Below, one piece after another: positions 28,968 through 42,574 of a stretch of 64,000 nt of DNA. The notes under the pieces were generated by a model. The model searched no databases, had not been told where the DNA came from, and saw nothing but the letters and a program-made list of their open reading frames with translations. How positions within the stretch are numbered: the first letter of the stretch is position 1; each line of letters opens with the position of its first letter. The position numbers and the translations under genes were made by a program. Source of the stretch: Camelus ferus. Taxonomy: Eukaryota. Where the stretch lies: contig NC_045697.1 of the NCBI RefSeq assembly GCF_009834535.1, positions 75,456,001-75,520,000 of the forward strand, given 5' to 3'.

Positions 28968-31294
28968 GAATACAACTGTTCCATAGAAATACAAAGGATC
29001 ATAAAAGACTACTATGAACAATTATATGCCAACAAATTGGACAACCTAGAAGAAATGGATAGATATCTAGAAATACAAGACTTCCAAGACTAAATCATGA
29101 AGAAACAGAAAATCTGAATAGACTGATCACTGATAAGGAAACTGAAACTGTCATCAAAAAGATGCTAACAAACAAAAGCTCAGAACCAGATTGCTTCACT
29201 GGCAAATTGTACAAAACAAAGAGTTAATACTCATAGTCTCAAACTCTTCCAAAAATCTGAAGAAGCAAGAAACTTTCCAAACACATTTTATAAAGCCAGC
29301 ATTACCCTGACACCAAAACCAGACAAGGATACCACACACAAAAAAAGAAAATTTCAGGCCAATATCCTTGATGAACATAGATGCAAATGTCTTTAATAAA
29401 ACTCAGTTGACCTTTGAACAGTATAGGTTTGAACTGTTCAGGTCCATTTTACACAGATGTTTTTCAATAATATATACTACAGTACTACACAATCCACAGT
29501 TCATTGAGTCCACAGATACAGAACCATGAATACAGAGGAACCATACATACAGAGGGCCAACTATAAGTTACACACAAAAATTCAACAGTGCAAAGGGTGA
29601 GAGCCTCTAGCCCCTATATTGTTCAAGGGCCAACTGTATTAGCAAATCATATCCAGCAATACATTAGAAGGATCATACAAGTGAAATTTATACCAGGGAT
29701 ACAAGGATGGTTCAACATCTACAAGTCAATCAGCATGCTACTTCACATTAACACAGTGAAATATAAAAATCTGATCATCTCAACAGATGCAGAAAAAGCA
29801 TATGAAAAATTCAATATCCACTTCTGATAAAAACTCTCAATGCAGTGGCTATAGAGGGAACCTACTCCAACATAATAAAAGCTATATATGACAAGCCCAC
29901 AGCTAACATCATATTCAATGAAGAAAAAAAAAATGAAAGCTTTTCCTCAAATATTGGGAATAAGACAAGGATGCCCACACTCACTGCTTTTATTCAACAT
30001 AGTATTGAAAGTCCTAACCACAGCAATTAGGCAAGAAAAAGAAATAAAATGTATCCAAGTTGGAAAGGAATAGGTAAACTGTCACTATATGCAGATAATA
30101 CTATATATAGGAAACCCCAAAGACTCCAGTTTAAAAAACCATTAGAACTAATAAATAAATTCAGTAAAGTTGCAAAATACAAAATCAACATAAAGAAATC
30201 TGTGGCATTTCTATACACTAACAACAATCAGAAAGAGAAATTGAGAAAACAATGCCATTTACAACTGCATCAAAAAGAATTAAAAAGCTAGGAATAAATT
30301 TAACCAAGGAGGTGAAAGATCTGTACACTGAAAACTATAAAACACTGGTCTGCACAGACCTGCACAGTGTAGAAAGCCATCATTGAAGTGAAAAGGCAAC
30401 CTACTGAATGGGAGAAGATATTTTTGCAAGTCATGTATCCAACAAGAGGTTAATATCCAAAGTATATAAAGAACTCATACAACTCAACAACAACAAGAAA
30501 AACAAACAACTGGATTAAAAAATGGGCAGAAGACCTGAATAGAAGCTTTTCCAAAGAGGACATACAGATGACAACAGGCACATGAAAAGATATTAAACAT
30601 CACTAATTATTAAGGAAATGCAACTCAAAACCACATGAGATCTCATTTCACACCTATTAAAATGGATATCATAAAAAAGACAAGAACTAACAAGTGTTGG
30701 AGAGAATATGGCTAAAAAGGAACTCTTATACTGTTGAAGGGAATGTAATTTGGTGCAGTTTGGCAGTTTCTCAAAAAAAAATTAAAAATAGAACTACCAT
30801 ATGACCAAATTATTTCAGTCTGGGTATTTACCCTAAGAATGCTCATCGCAGCTTTATTTACAATAGTCATAATATGGAAACAACCTAAGTGTCCATTGAT
30901 GTGGTATGTATATGCATATATATACTGGGATACACACAATGGAATATTACTTGGCCATAAAAATGAATGAAATTCTGCCATCAGCAACAACATAGATGGA
31001 CCTTGAAGGTAGTATGCTAAATGAAATAAGTTAGACAGGGAAAGACAAATACTATATGAGTTCACTCATATGTAAAATCTAAAAAACAACAACAAAACAA
31101 ATAAAATAAAACAAAAACAAACAGATACAGAGAATGGATTAGTGGTTACCAGATGGGTGGGGGCTGGGAGGGTAAGTATAATTGAAGGGGGTCAACTGGA
31201 TGATGGATGGTAACTAGATTTGTGGTGGTGATCACTTTGTAGTGTGTACAGATGTTAAATTATAATGCTATACACTTGAAATTTACATAATTTT
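28968..31294 (+). mobile_element. Older 5'-truncated LINE-1 (decayed ORF2 and 3' UTR) with TSD
   Basis: ORF2 remnants ([55 protein letters not shown]). TSD AAAAACTCTTT at 28957-28967 and 31295-31305 at a TT/AAAA site. Confidence 0.9.
29404..29636. mobile_element. Tigger2-derived MITE (MER8/Tigger2a-type) inserted in L1 ORF2
   Basis: TIRs CAGTTGACCTTTGAACAGTATAGG / CCTATATTGTTCAAGGGCCAACTG, followed by TA. L1 sequence resumes on both sides (aataaaa...TAttagcaaat). Confidence 0.9.
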
Positions 31295-32849
31295 AAAAAC
31301 TCTTTAAAAATAAATACAAGAAATTATATGGGCTTTATGATACTACTGTATCTGAATACAGTTCATCAGTTTTTTTGAATGTATAGAGACAATGGAAGAT
31401 TTCCAGAATTGCATCTTTAATCAGAGACCTACAAAAAACACCTCAACCTTGGCAATGTGTTAAATTTGCGTGTGTAAGTAATTAGAGTATATTTTAAAGC
31501 AGTGTTCCCTTCTGTAAATCTTTGTTCTCCACTTCCTGCAAACTAAATTAAAGAAGGATATTGGATTTGGAAGTCTTTTGTTTTCCTTTTAAAAGTTCTT
31601 TGTAGTAACTTATGCTTAATTAAAAGGGCAACCACAAAAGACAGGAGGAACTCTGATGATTCTGGAGGGTGACAGCCACACACCAATGTGATTAACACAC
31701 AGCAGACAGATTACAACAAACATAATTTATCTTCATCAACAAGCACTTTCAGAATTTAGCACCAGAAATGCACTTCAAGTTCAAAATGTTCGCTCTAAAA
31801 TAAAATAAATGTATTTCTTTTTATACCTCTTGGAATTCTTACTATATATGTATAGTAAGAACATATGTATTACTATATACTAGTAATAACATACATATAC
31901 TAGATATACCATTATATTTAAAATAAATATTTTAAAGTCTATTTAAAATGCTCCTTTCATATGCCTTGAATTCTAATTGTGTATATATATGTTGTGAATA
32001 TATAATTTATGTTCAAAATAAATATTTTAAAATCCATTTTACAATTTATACTGTAGATTCACCTTAGTGGCTAAAAATGATAAAATAAAATATCTGAGGA
32101 GATGGAGGGAGAGAGCTAGAAGTTACAGTATTTCAGCCATGAGAGTCTAAAGAAAAATTCTCTGTACATGTTGTCTGAATGTGACTTGAAGCAGAGAACC
32201 CTGAGATTCTCTTCTAGCTTAGTCATTAAGTCAAGCAAATGATTTAACATCCATATCTAAAGTATCCCATCTATAAATGGAATTTTTAATTTTCATGTGT
32301 CAGTGATCATTATTACACTACTTAAAAAGTGTTTTTAAAGTGAAATGAATATGTGACACATGTGCCAAGTGCTATGCTTTCCATATGCCATTTAATAATC
32401 CTACAAAATATAAACTTCATAACCTCATGTATCAAGCAATCACTTATCAAAAACTATTTATCAAGATTACACTATATGCCAACAATGAACAAGATAGATA
32501 CAGCCCTGTATTAGTGGGTCTTACATTCTAGAAGGAGACAAACAACAAAAAAGTAAATAAATAGGAAAAATAACACACTGTTAAAAGAATTTTACAGTAC
32601 TCTCACACCTTACTATAATAGAGCACTTATCACAGAAGTATACATGTGTGTGTATGTGTGCTTCTTCTATTAATTGAAGTGTCCTTAAGGAGATGTCTTA
32701 TATCATCCAAAACTTAGCACAATAATTGAGACAGAATACATATCCAATACATATAGAATCGATGGATGATAGAAGGGAACAAAAGAAAGAAAGAAAAAAG
32801 AATGAGTCAATAAGCAGTTACTCAACAAGTTACCTTAAAAATAAAAGGA

Positions 32850-34420
32850 TTTTGGCTATGACAGAGTAGCATTTTACAGACCAACCCTTCCACCAAAAGC
32901 AACTATAAAAGTTCACGATAACCCAGCTTTCTGAAGGCTTGGAAGGCAACGACAGTAATCAAGATTCAAAAGGACAAGTCCCTCCCAAAAGAGAAATGTA
33001 TTGATGTGAACCCACAATTCTGATTCTGGTTCCCAAAAGACATTTTCAGGTTCCTAAGATAAAGACGGAAAGAGGCCAAAAAGACAAGAAGTCAGAATAA
33101 AGCAGCTAAAAGGTAATAAACAGAGGCAATAATTCCTCTCATGATAACATAGAGACAATAATTCCTACCAAAAAGGAGGAAGTCTGGCTAAAAAACCAAA
33201 AAACTAAAAACAGGCTTTCCACTGAGACTCTCTGAGAGCTACAGTATAGGAATAAAGGCAAACTAGAAATAGTCCAACCTTCAGAAATACTAAAATTCGG
33301 ACTCAAAGTTCTCAATCCCTGAGTGGATCACAATGATGTTTCCACATTCTATGCCTGATAAACACTAGAAAAAGATAACATGCTCTAGAGTATGCCAAAA
33401 GATAGGACTAAATGACTGAAACCCAAAAGATAAAATAAAAAATAGAAATAGATTCATAGGTGACTCAAATAATGGTGTTATCAAGACGAACTTAAAAATA
33501 ACTATATTTAATATGTTTATGAAATTAAATGATAATATGGAGAATTTCACCAGGGAAATGAAGTCTGTAAGAAAATTATCAAATTAACCTTTTGGAACTG
33601 ATGTATATAATAAGCAAGATTAAGAAACTCAGTAAGTATATTAGACATCAAAGAAAGGAATATTTCACTAGAAATGGAATACAAGTCAAAAATACCTACA
33701 TGAAAGCAGATAGATAGATAGATTTTAAAGCTACAAAAGACAGAATTTAAGAAACATATGGGACATGGTGAAAAGGACTATCATGTATATAACTGAAATC
33801 TCAAAGGAAAAAATAGAAAGAGGAAAAGGAAGAAGCCATATCTAAAGGTACTAGTCAAAAATTTCCAAAAAGATAAAAGACATTAAACAACAGAATTAAG
33901 AAGCTCTATAATAAAATAAAACAAATACAAAGATACATCTAGATATATTTATGAAAACCAAAGACAAAGTGTCTTTAAAGCAGCTAGAGACAAAAACAAA
34001 AATACTTTCAAATAAGCAACAATAAGTTTGACAGCTGATTTCATACCAGAAATGAAATCCAAGGACAATGAAATGATATCTTCCAAATCAAGAAAACTTC
34101 TAGCCCGAAGTCTTCACCTAGAAAGATACTGCTTAAAAATAAAGGGCAAATAAAGATTATGTCAGACAAACAAAAGTAGAGAAAATGTATTGGCAGCAGG
34201 CCCATGCCTCCCCCAAAATACTAGAGGTTCTTCCGGCAAAATAAAATGATTCCAAATATACAGAGGAATGAAGTGAAACAGAATGAGTAAATATGTGGGA
34301 AATATAAATGAACTTGAATCTGTAAAACAATATATATTGTGTCTTATGGAATTTAAAATATGCATGTAGAACTTAAATATGTGACTAGAATAGCAACAAG
34401 GCTAGAAGAAATAAGATGTC
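32850..34420 (+). mobile_element. Ancient L1M 5' region and ORF1 remnant
   Basis: A-rich ORF1-like sequence; acaataagtttgacagctgatttc...aatgaaatgatatcttc (34016-34085) matches the ORF1 C-terminal IRLTADFS...WNDIF motif. Confidence 0.7.
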
Positions 34421-34529
34421 TTTAAAATTTCTCCGTGTCTGGGAGGTGATAAGATTAGTAACCTTTGTAAAAGGGCTAATTCCTAGTGAATTTTACTGAG
34501 TAAAAGATTGATGTTGTACTATCAAAAAT

Positions 34530-34620
34530 AGGTCGTGGCAAACTATGGCTAAGGGCCAAATCCAACCCAACACCTACAAGAATGGTTTTTATATTCTTAA
34601 ATGGTAGGAAAAAAATTTTT
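34530..34620 (+). mobile_element. MER58B-like (hAT-Charlie) left-end fragment
   Basis: ggcaaactatggctaagggccaaatcc...aagaatggtttttatattcttaaatgg. Confidence 0.65.
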
Positions 34621-34624
34621 TTAC

Positions 34625-34832
34625 AGTATGTCATGCACTGCTCTAGACCTTTGCATTTATTAGTTCATTTAATCTTCACAACAACCTTGTGAAGTAAGTA
34701 CTGTTACTCATTGTGCAGATGAGGAAATTGTGGCTTCTAGATAGGTTAAATAGTTAAGAACCACCCAGTTAATGGTCAGTTCCTCTGACATTCAAACCCA
34801 GGAAGTCTTGCCCCACAGGTTCTGCTCTTAAT
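34625..34832 (-). mobile_element. MIR SINE
   Basis: catttaatcttcacaacaaccttgtgaagtaagtactgtt...cagatgaggaaattgtggc...attcaaacccagg. Confidence 0.82.
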
Positions 34833-35639
34833 GTGCTTCCCCCATAAGCAAGCATATCTAAGCCTTCCATCAGGAGACTATCTCACCCGTGCAAACCCAT
34901 GACTTCACCATGTGAACCGTAACACTGCACTTAGCGATCTCTGTTCTCTCCACACTCAGAATCTTTCTGCCCATAGCTTCTGCTTGCTTAGAATGTCTCT
35001 GACTATTTTTTTCTATCAAAGACCTTTATGAAGACTTAGAATGTCTTCTGTGAAAGCTGCTTTGACAATTCCAATCTACAAATGTTTTCCTTGCTCTGTT
35101 TCCATGGCACCTAAAAACACAATTTGTCCCCACATCATCACATTCTTTCCTATATATTACATTAGAAATTCTCTCCAATTCATTATTTGTATGCCTGTCT
35201 CCTCAATAAGAATGTAAGTTCATTCGGTTCCAAGAAGTTTCACATAAAGCCTGCACGTATCAGTGTCTCAATACTTAGGTCAGTAAAAGAATGACTTATT
35301 GGTGGCCATTGGTATAGATGAAAGAAAAAAATACTCTAAAGGTAGCATCTTTCTATTAGTTATATAACTTCTTTCCTAATCTGTAAAATGAGGCAGATTT
35401 GAATTGATCAGAATTACAACCCATCTAATTGATGCTTTTTAGCTACATAATGTAGTATCTCTGTCTCCCTCAAGGTAAATGCTAAACAGTAGATAGATAT
35501 GTAGGTAGGTAGGCAGGTAAAGATGAAAAGATGAAAAGAACAGAAAACTCTAAAATTGATTTAGCTTATTACAACTAAACTAATTACAGCTAAATCTAGT
35601 TTAACTTACTTGCCCCATCAACTGGTCACTCTTTAAATA

Positions 35640-36020
35640 AATCTATTACTGTTATAAAATGAAATACAACGCAACCTTTAAAAATAACAAAAAGCTCTAC
35701 AGCTACTGATAAGAAGTGATCTCAAAATATGGTAAAGAAAGTGAGAGACATGAAGGGATGAAACAAAATGAGTTCTCTTTGTGTTTTTAAGAAATGAAAT
35801 ATGTGTACATATGTAGAGAAGATTTCAGATGCAAATAAAAAGAACTGGTTACAGTGGTTGCCTATGGAGAAAAAAACTGGCTTAACCAGCAGCATAGGAA
35901 GAAAAAGCATTTTTTACTGTATTGTCTCTCATACATTTAAAATTTAATACCAGCGCATGTATTACTACAGAAATACAAATTAATAAAATATTTTAAATAA
36001 AATTAAAAATTAAAAATAAT
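35640..36020 (+). mobile_element. Ancient L1ME-like 3' fragment
   Basis: aagaactggttacagtggttgcctatggag, followed by an A-rich tail. Confidence 0.5.
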
Positions 36021-38509
36021 TCCTATGCCTGCCCTTGGAGGGTAGGCAATCAAGAAATGTAGCTTCTAAATGAGAGTAACAATCATGAATTCTCAACCTT
36101 GAGAAATGAGAAAATCAAACACCGTAGTAAATGACAGAAAGCAAATATTTACTTGTACTAAATAGGATTGCCCTTAATTCAACAACATAAATAAATGTTG
36201 TCTGGTGCAAAACTAGCCTGGTAGGTTTCTTTCAAAACTTAATGCAATGGATTCTTTTCAACATTTTCTCAGTCTCCCTCTCCCCCTCCCCTTCTCCTCC
36301 CTCATTTGTCATCTAACTTTCTTTGAGTAGTGTTGTACACACTCAATGGATTTAAAAAGTGACAATAAGGCAGCAAAATTAAGTGATGAAAACACCTTTG
36401 TTTTGTATTTTCCTTACTGCAGACACAAACATGTATCAATTTCTCCAAAACTAATTTTTTTCTAAGAAACAATCTACAAAGAACAAATGTTTGTTGATGG
36501 TGATGATTATAATAAGAAAAGTTTGTCACTGTTGCTTAGCATCTGTAGCCAGGAAACCCATTTTGACTGTATGTCTTGAAACAGGCTTAATTATTTAGAT
36601 ACAGGAAGAAGAGGGAAGAACTCTTCTGTTTCTAATATTCTTTTTTTTTTTTAAAAAAAAAAAAAAGTCTTAATTTCAGAGAAAAGATAAATTTGGATAT
36701 ACTGAAATGAGATCCTCTCCTTGCTGAAATGTTCTGGAGACACTCTGCAGACCAGGACTGCTTCTCTTCTGCTTCCTCCCCTAGCTCTCCCCTTGACACA
36801 CGGCACTGCTTATTTAGCAGATAAATCTAAACCGCATAATTTGGAAGAAAATATACATAGAACTATTCCCTGCCCTGAGGACTTACAAAAGGAGAAACTT
36901 CTCTCCACTGGAGATCTGCTTATTTTTATAATTATTACACAGCATAGGAAAGCCTTTTTATATATTTTTGCTTGAGGGGCTCAGAATTTAATCAGATGCC
37001 TCTGGAAGAGAAATAAGTCAGTTTTTTGCAGTAAGAAAAGAAAGCTAAGAATTTATTAGCAGAATGGCTGCTTTAAAAAGTCTGACAGTAAGGATTTCTA
37101 CAGAACTTGTTTTTTGCAGTGATTATACCATTAACAGACCCAAAGACGGAAGGAACTCCAACTTTCAGAACAGAACTCCACATCTATTACTTTTAATACA
37201 GGACAGCCACTTCGGTGGGTCAGCTGATGGTAGCAAAACCTTGTTGAAGCCAGAGTCGAGATCTGGAAGCAGTTTCCAATGATTCATTTTCCTCACTCCT
37301 ATGTTCCTTCCCTGCATATGCAAATCCACATGCATCTCAGGCCCCTTTCTTCCTGTAACCCAGCCAGGGACTCCTGCTCTCATTGTAACCTCCACTTCCA
37401 ATTTCCTCTGGTTTACTTTTCTTAAGTCTACAAATACGCCCTTCTTCCTAAAGATCTGGATCTTCTCTAATCCTCTTACTAACCCTTGTGTCCATGGTTG
37501 AAATTTCCGTCTACTCATCCCAGATTTTTACCTCTTATTTAATTTGCTATTCATGAAAGTCATTCATCTGTTCATTCATTCAATAAGTATTCTTTGACCA
37601 CGATGGGCCAAGCACTGTTTCAAATACTAAGACTACAACAGTAAACAAACAGATCAAAAAATGAGCAATCAAAGTATAGATGGCAATAGCAATCTTAACA
37701 ATAATTGTCCTCCATGTAGATCCAATGCTATGGGTAAAACAGTTGTTTTTCAAAGACATCTTAATAAATAAACTAACTAGATATTTCGAAATAAGTGAAT
37801 TTAAGTACTGCTTGTGTATAGTTGCACATGTACATGGAGCTAATTAGTATAGGTAAATAAATGAATAGATTTTTTTCATTAGTGATAGAATTAATCCTAA
37901 AATGCTTTCGAAAAGGTCTTGCAGTTACTACCACCATTTTGCGCTTGAGGTTTGCTAGATGAATGTTATAAAATGCAACATCGCTCTCACCTTTCACTAT
38001 ATTGATTTATATTCATCTCCAGATGAAAATCGTACCTAAAAGGAATTTCTTATCAGTAGTGAAAGGCCAGGGATAATTTATAGCCATGATGAATCTCTGA
38101 ATATAGCAGTTAAAATAACAAGGTGATACTTTTATTAGATGAATCATGACAGTCAAAATAGCCATCCTCTTCTATCATGTCCTTAATTCAAGATTTTAAA
38201 CATAAGCTTTATTTAGAAAAATTGGCCAAAGACTGTATTTACCAAATGTTTATAGTCAGTCTTCTGGAATGATATTAAAGTGAAATGTCTTGGAAAATAC
38301 TAGATAGCATGACTATTACTGCTCAACATTAAAGAAAGCAAACCAGGCACACTGGATTTATCTTGTCATTCACCCATTCACTGGAATCTGAAGGTGACAG
38401 GCTGCACTGGTGAAGAAGGGCCCTCTGTCCAGACCAAAGCTCATGCCCCTATCAGCTGGGATGCTGTAGGCTTTAGTGAAGAACACGTATGACAGACATT
38501 GCTGGTTTC

Positions 38510-38834
38510 TGTCTCAGTCCATTTGGGCTGCTATAACAAAATACTAGAGATTGGGTAGCTTGTAAACAGTTCTGGAGGCTGGAATTCTGAGATCATGGTG
38601 CCAACGTGGTCAGGCTAGCGTCCTCTTCCGGGCTGCAGACTTCTCACTGTATCCTTACATGGTGTAAGGGGTGATTTACCTCTGTGGGGTCTGTTTTATA
38701 GGAGCACTAATCCTATTCATGAGGACTCCACCCTTATGAACTTCTCAAAGATCTCACCTTCTACTGCTATCACACTGGGCATTAGGATTTCAAACATATG
38801 AATTTTGGGGGGACACAAAATTGAGACCATAGTG
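38510..38834 (-). mobile_element. MLT1A/A0-like solo LTR (ERVL-MaLR)
   Basis: tgtctcagtccatttgggctgctataacaaaatac...gcactaatcctattcatgagg...catatgaattttggggggacaca...gaccatag. Confidence 0.88.
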
Positions 38835-38899
38835 GTTGTCTCACTGAACATCCATTTCCAACTCCTTCTTCCTTGCCATCATCCCTGATAAAGGATTTG

Positions 38900-39253
38900 A
38901 AATCTAAATACTCATTTTTCCCTAATTCCCTTAGAATGACCATGTACAGTTTTAGCAGTATGCAAGAGAAAAATCTATTAAAGACAGAAAAGATAGGCTT
39001 CTGGGAAGGGCTTTGCTTTCAAGTGAAAGAGGTATTTGTGACTCTTCTCCCTCCTTCCTGCTTTTAAAGCAAAAATGAGTCCCTGAGCTGTGGAAGATAC
39101 CAATGTTGTGGAGTTGAGAAGCTAAGGACAGATTTAAAGTGCCTGAGTCTTCATTGATGTCACCAAGCCACCACACCAAGCACAGGGTCCTTCTCTCCAG
39201 ATTTCCTCCTATGTGAGAATAAAACCCTATTTTCTTCAGCTCTGGTTAGCTGC

Positions 39254-39292
<39 letters not shown>

Positions 39293-39322
39293 CATATACT
39301 TGTAGATTAAAGCCACTGACAC
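38900..39322 (+). mobile_element. Old MLT1 (J/K-like) LTR with internal (TA)n
   Basis: ctccagatttcctcctatgtgagaataaaaccctattt...actgacaca terminus; (TA)n at ~39258-39288. Left boundary uncertain. Confidence 0.55.
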
Positions 39323-42300
39323 AGGGCATGAACTTACAAATAGGGTAAATCCAAGTTAAAATCCAAGCTCGAACATTTGATAGCTAAATGATCTTAAAGT
39401 TCATCCCCTTACTTGGTCTCATTGTCCCCATTAATAGCTCTCACATATCTATAGAGATTTAACAATCTCTCCTCTACCGTTATCATTAGGCTATGTAAGT
39501 ATCTTTTTATGAGAAATCAATCTTGTCCCTCAAATCAAATAGAAAAAAATTTTAATAACAAAACTAGTTGAAGAGAAAACTCGTGACAAGGGATAACAAC
39601 AGAAGGAAGAAAGATGCAAAGAATATTTTTTCTAGGCTTGAAATGGTGTAGATGAGACTGCATAGAGAAAATAAACGCTTTCAAAGGAGATAAAAATTAG
39701 CACTCTTTCACATGTCGATGTGGTGCCCAACTTGAGTCCCTTAACAATATTTTCCAAGTGGATAATTGTCAGGAGACTATTCAAATGCCATTCAAATGCC
39801 TGTACCCAGAGGAGTGGGGGAGTTTAGGCCAATAAGGGAGAAGCCAGGTGGAAACTAAACTCCAAACTCTAGCAGGAGAAAACAAAAAGCAACAACAAAA
39901 AGCCTAAAAATGTACTTCAGGATTAAGAGACTATGAAACCTGGAAAACAGATTATAATATTTGAGGAAGAAAAAGATCCCAAACTGTAAATAAATCTACT
40001 GTTTAAATCCTCATGATCTCTGCACAGATTTTGAAAATGTCCTAACTGCTTTATTCAAGACTCATATACATTAGCATTGTATAAGCAGGGAAAACAAAAT
40101 GAAACAAAGCAAAGCAAAATGAAAGAGGGACTGAACCGTTCACCAAAGAATAAGATTTTACAAAATTAAAGCCAAGAGATTGAATACTTAAAGAGATTAA
40201 ATATGCATGTTTCTGGTGCAAAAGGGCTAAAATAAACACAGAGGCCATTATCAGATTTCAAATGAGCAAAGATTATCTTCCAACTAAACTATAAAAGCAA
40301 AAGAGAAAATGTTGTCCTCAGGAAACTTCAATTCCATAAGTGAGAGAAGACCACCAGAAAAAATAGCTTTAAATCAACTGGCTTCCTGGTCTGGGAAGGG
40401 AATATTCCATCCAGCTCCCTCATTTTACTAATGGGAGCTCCTGGACCAGAGAGGTTATAGAACAAAATTGAGTAAAGCATAAATCATGCTTCGTCTCTGT
40501 AACCTGTCTCCTCTGACACTGACTTTATCTTCCCTTTCGGAGAGAAACTGGAAAACCCTCATCTGGAACATAAAGAGAATACAGAAAGGAACTTGTATCA
40601 AAGATAAAATTCTTACAGTGATCAGTTTCTTATCAACTTATATATCCTTAGCCTATCTCACTGAGATGTGGAAAACAAAGGAAGAATATTTGTGACATTA
40701 TAAGGATCTTTGTTAAAAAGGATAATAACTCAAAGAAGGAAAAATAGGAAGGAGGCAGGGGCAAAATTTTTTTCACAGTTCACATCTGCATCCACCTTGA
40801 CTAATTTCAGACATTCTCAACTTCTCGCACTGCTCACCAAACACATCAATGCTCAGCCCAAATAACTGATAAACGTGAAATAAGACCCTCTCTCTGGCCT
40901 TCTCCCATTGAGCAGGCGCACAGAAGGAACCAAGATGGCAGCACCCAGGGCTCTGCAGTGGAAGAGGTAGAAGAGGGTCTTGAGGAGGCAAAGGCTTCAC
41001 TGGGAAACCTGAAGGGACTGTGGTCAAGAATTCTGAATGAGGCCTAAGTCCTGCAGAAGGAAAGAGGCTCCAGGGCCTGGGGAAGGGTTTCACACCTAAG
41101 GCGGGCGTGATCTCCATAGGCTGGGGTGGGGAGTAAGTGGTTCTTGCAGGATAGGAGCTGGCTGGGCTGGGTTTATTTGTCTTGGTCTCTCTTTGGCCTG
41201 TTCCAAGTTTCAGAGCATTTTGCTGCACGTGGGGCCTGCATGGATTTAGTTCCACAGGTAAGACCTGAAGAGAGCATTTCAAACAGAAGCCCCTCTCGAC
41301 AGCTTGCCTGAACTTAAGTCTGCCTCCTCATTTGCTTTGAAAAACTACACATCCAACTTGTATTTTTAAAGAACATGGCAGAAAAAGAACTAAGAACAAT
41401 AAGGATGTTTTCAAGTCAAATTGGTATCAAAAGGAATTGAGTTTCTTCTTTGTTTGAACAATTGCTTATAGATGTATTATTACCCAGAAACATTTTGCCA
41501 CCTAAGGGTGGTCAGGATTCTCACACCACTACCAACCTAAAGTCATATGTTTTGGGGGGAATGGGAGAGAGAGGACAGGGATTGGAAAGGACCCTAGACT
41601 TCATCTAGTTTAAGTCTGTAATTTTATAAAAAAGGAAACTGATTTCCAGAAAAGACTCTGTCAAAAGTTGGGATCCATTATTTTCTGTCTTACCCACACT
41701 TTTTGACTATTAGTTTACATTCTTAAGAAGAGCAACATGCTACTTCTTAAAACTGCCTTCTGGCCAACCTTAGCATAAGAAACATGACAGCTAGAATTGC
41801 TGTTGTTCTTAATAAATGGAGCTGTTTGTTATTGCTCTAAGGGGACAAAAAAATGATAAATGATAGTAATGAGCTTAGATTCTGCTGTCAGAGCCACCTG
41901 AATCTTTGGGATAACAGACCATCTTCTCTGGCATTGGCCATTTCCCTACTGGCAAATTAAGGGAAATGACTGAGCCTTGCTTTAGACAGCAGAAGACTTT
42001 GAAGACAGGAATGCCATGATGGTGCCTGTTACAACTGGGAATGTAAAATGAAGGTGAGAATGAACAAGTAGTTAAAGGTATGGATGGAGACCTAGATGAC
42101 AAGTGATTAGAAAGAGAGTGCTGGCATTAAGGCCAAATAAGGATGACCCCTGGGCTCTCCCCCTGCTCTAATCCACCAGTCCTCCATCCCTCCTGGGAGG
42201 TATTTCCTCACATCTAGGACAGAGTCATGGCCCTCAGAACTGGTGACTCTGGATAGATCAGCTTCCTGGACAACTGTATATCCATCTATCCATCCATTCA

Positions 42301-42574
42301 TCTGTTTATGTATTTATTTTTATCCCTCCTTGTTCTGAAAGGATTTGAGGGATATCAAATAAAATGTAACAAAATAGCATAAATTAAAAGCAAGAAGGAA
42401 AAAAGGAGGAACACAAGTGAAGAACTAAAAGGGATCCAGGCACGAGACTGAAAGCAAACACTTCAAAATGCATTTTGTGATCATTCATCTAGCTGTACCC
42501 ATATGACATATGTACTTCCTGTATGGATATATAGGTGGCAATTAAAAACTCACTTCTTTAAAAAGTAATAATTA

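Noticed and set aside
40773..41282. 169-aa proline-rich minus-strand ORF
   Set aside because: No recognisable homology; the length is explained by locally higher GC.
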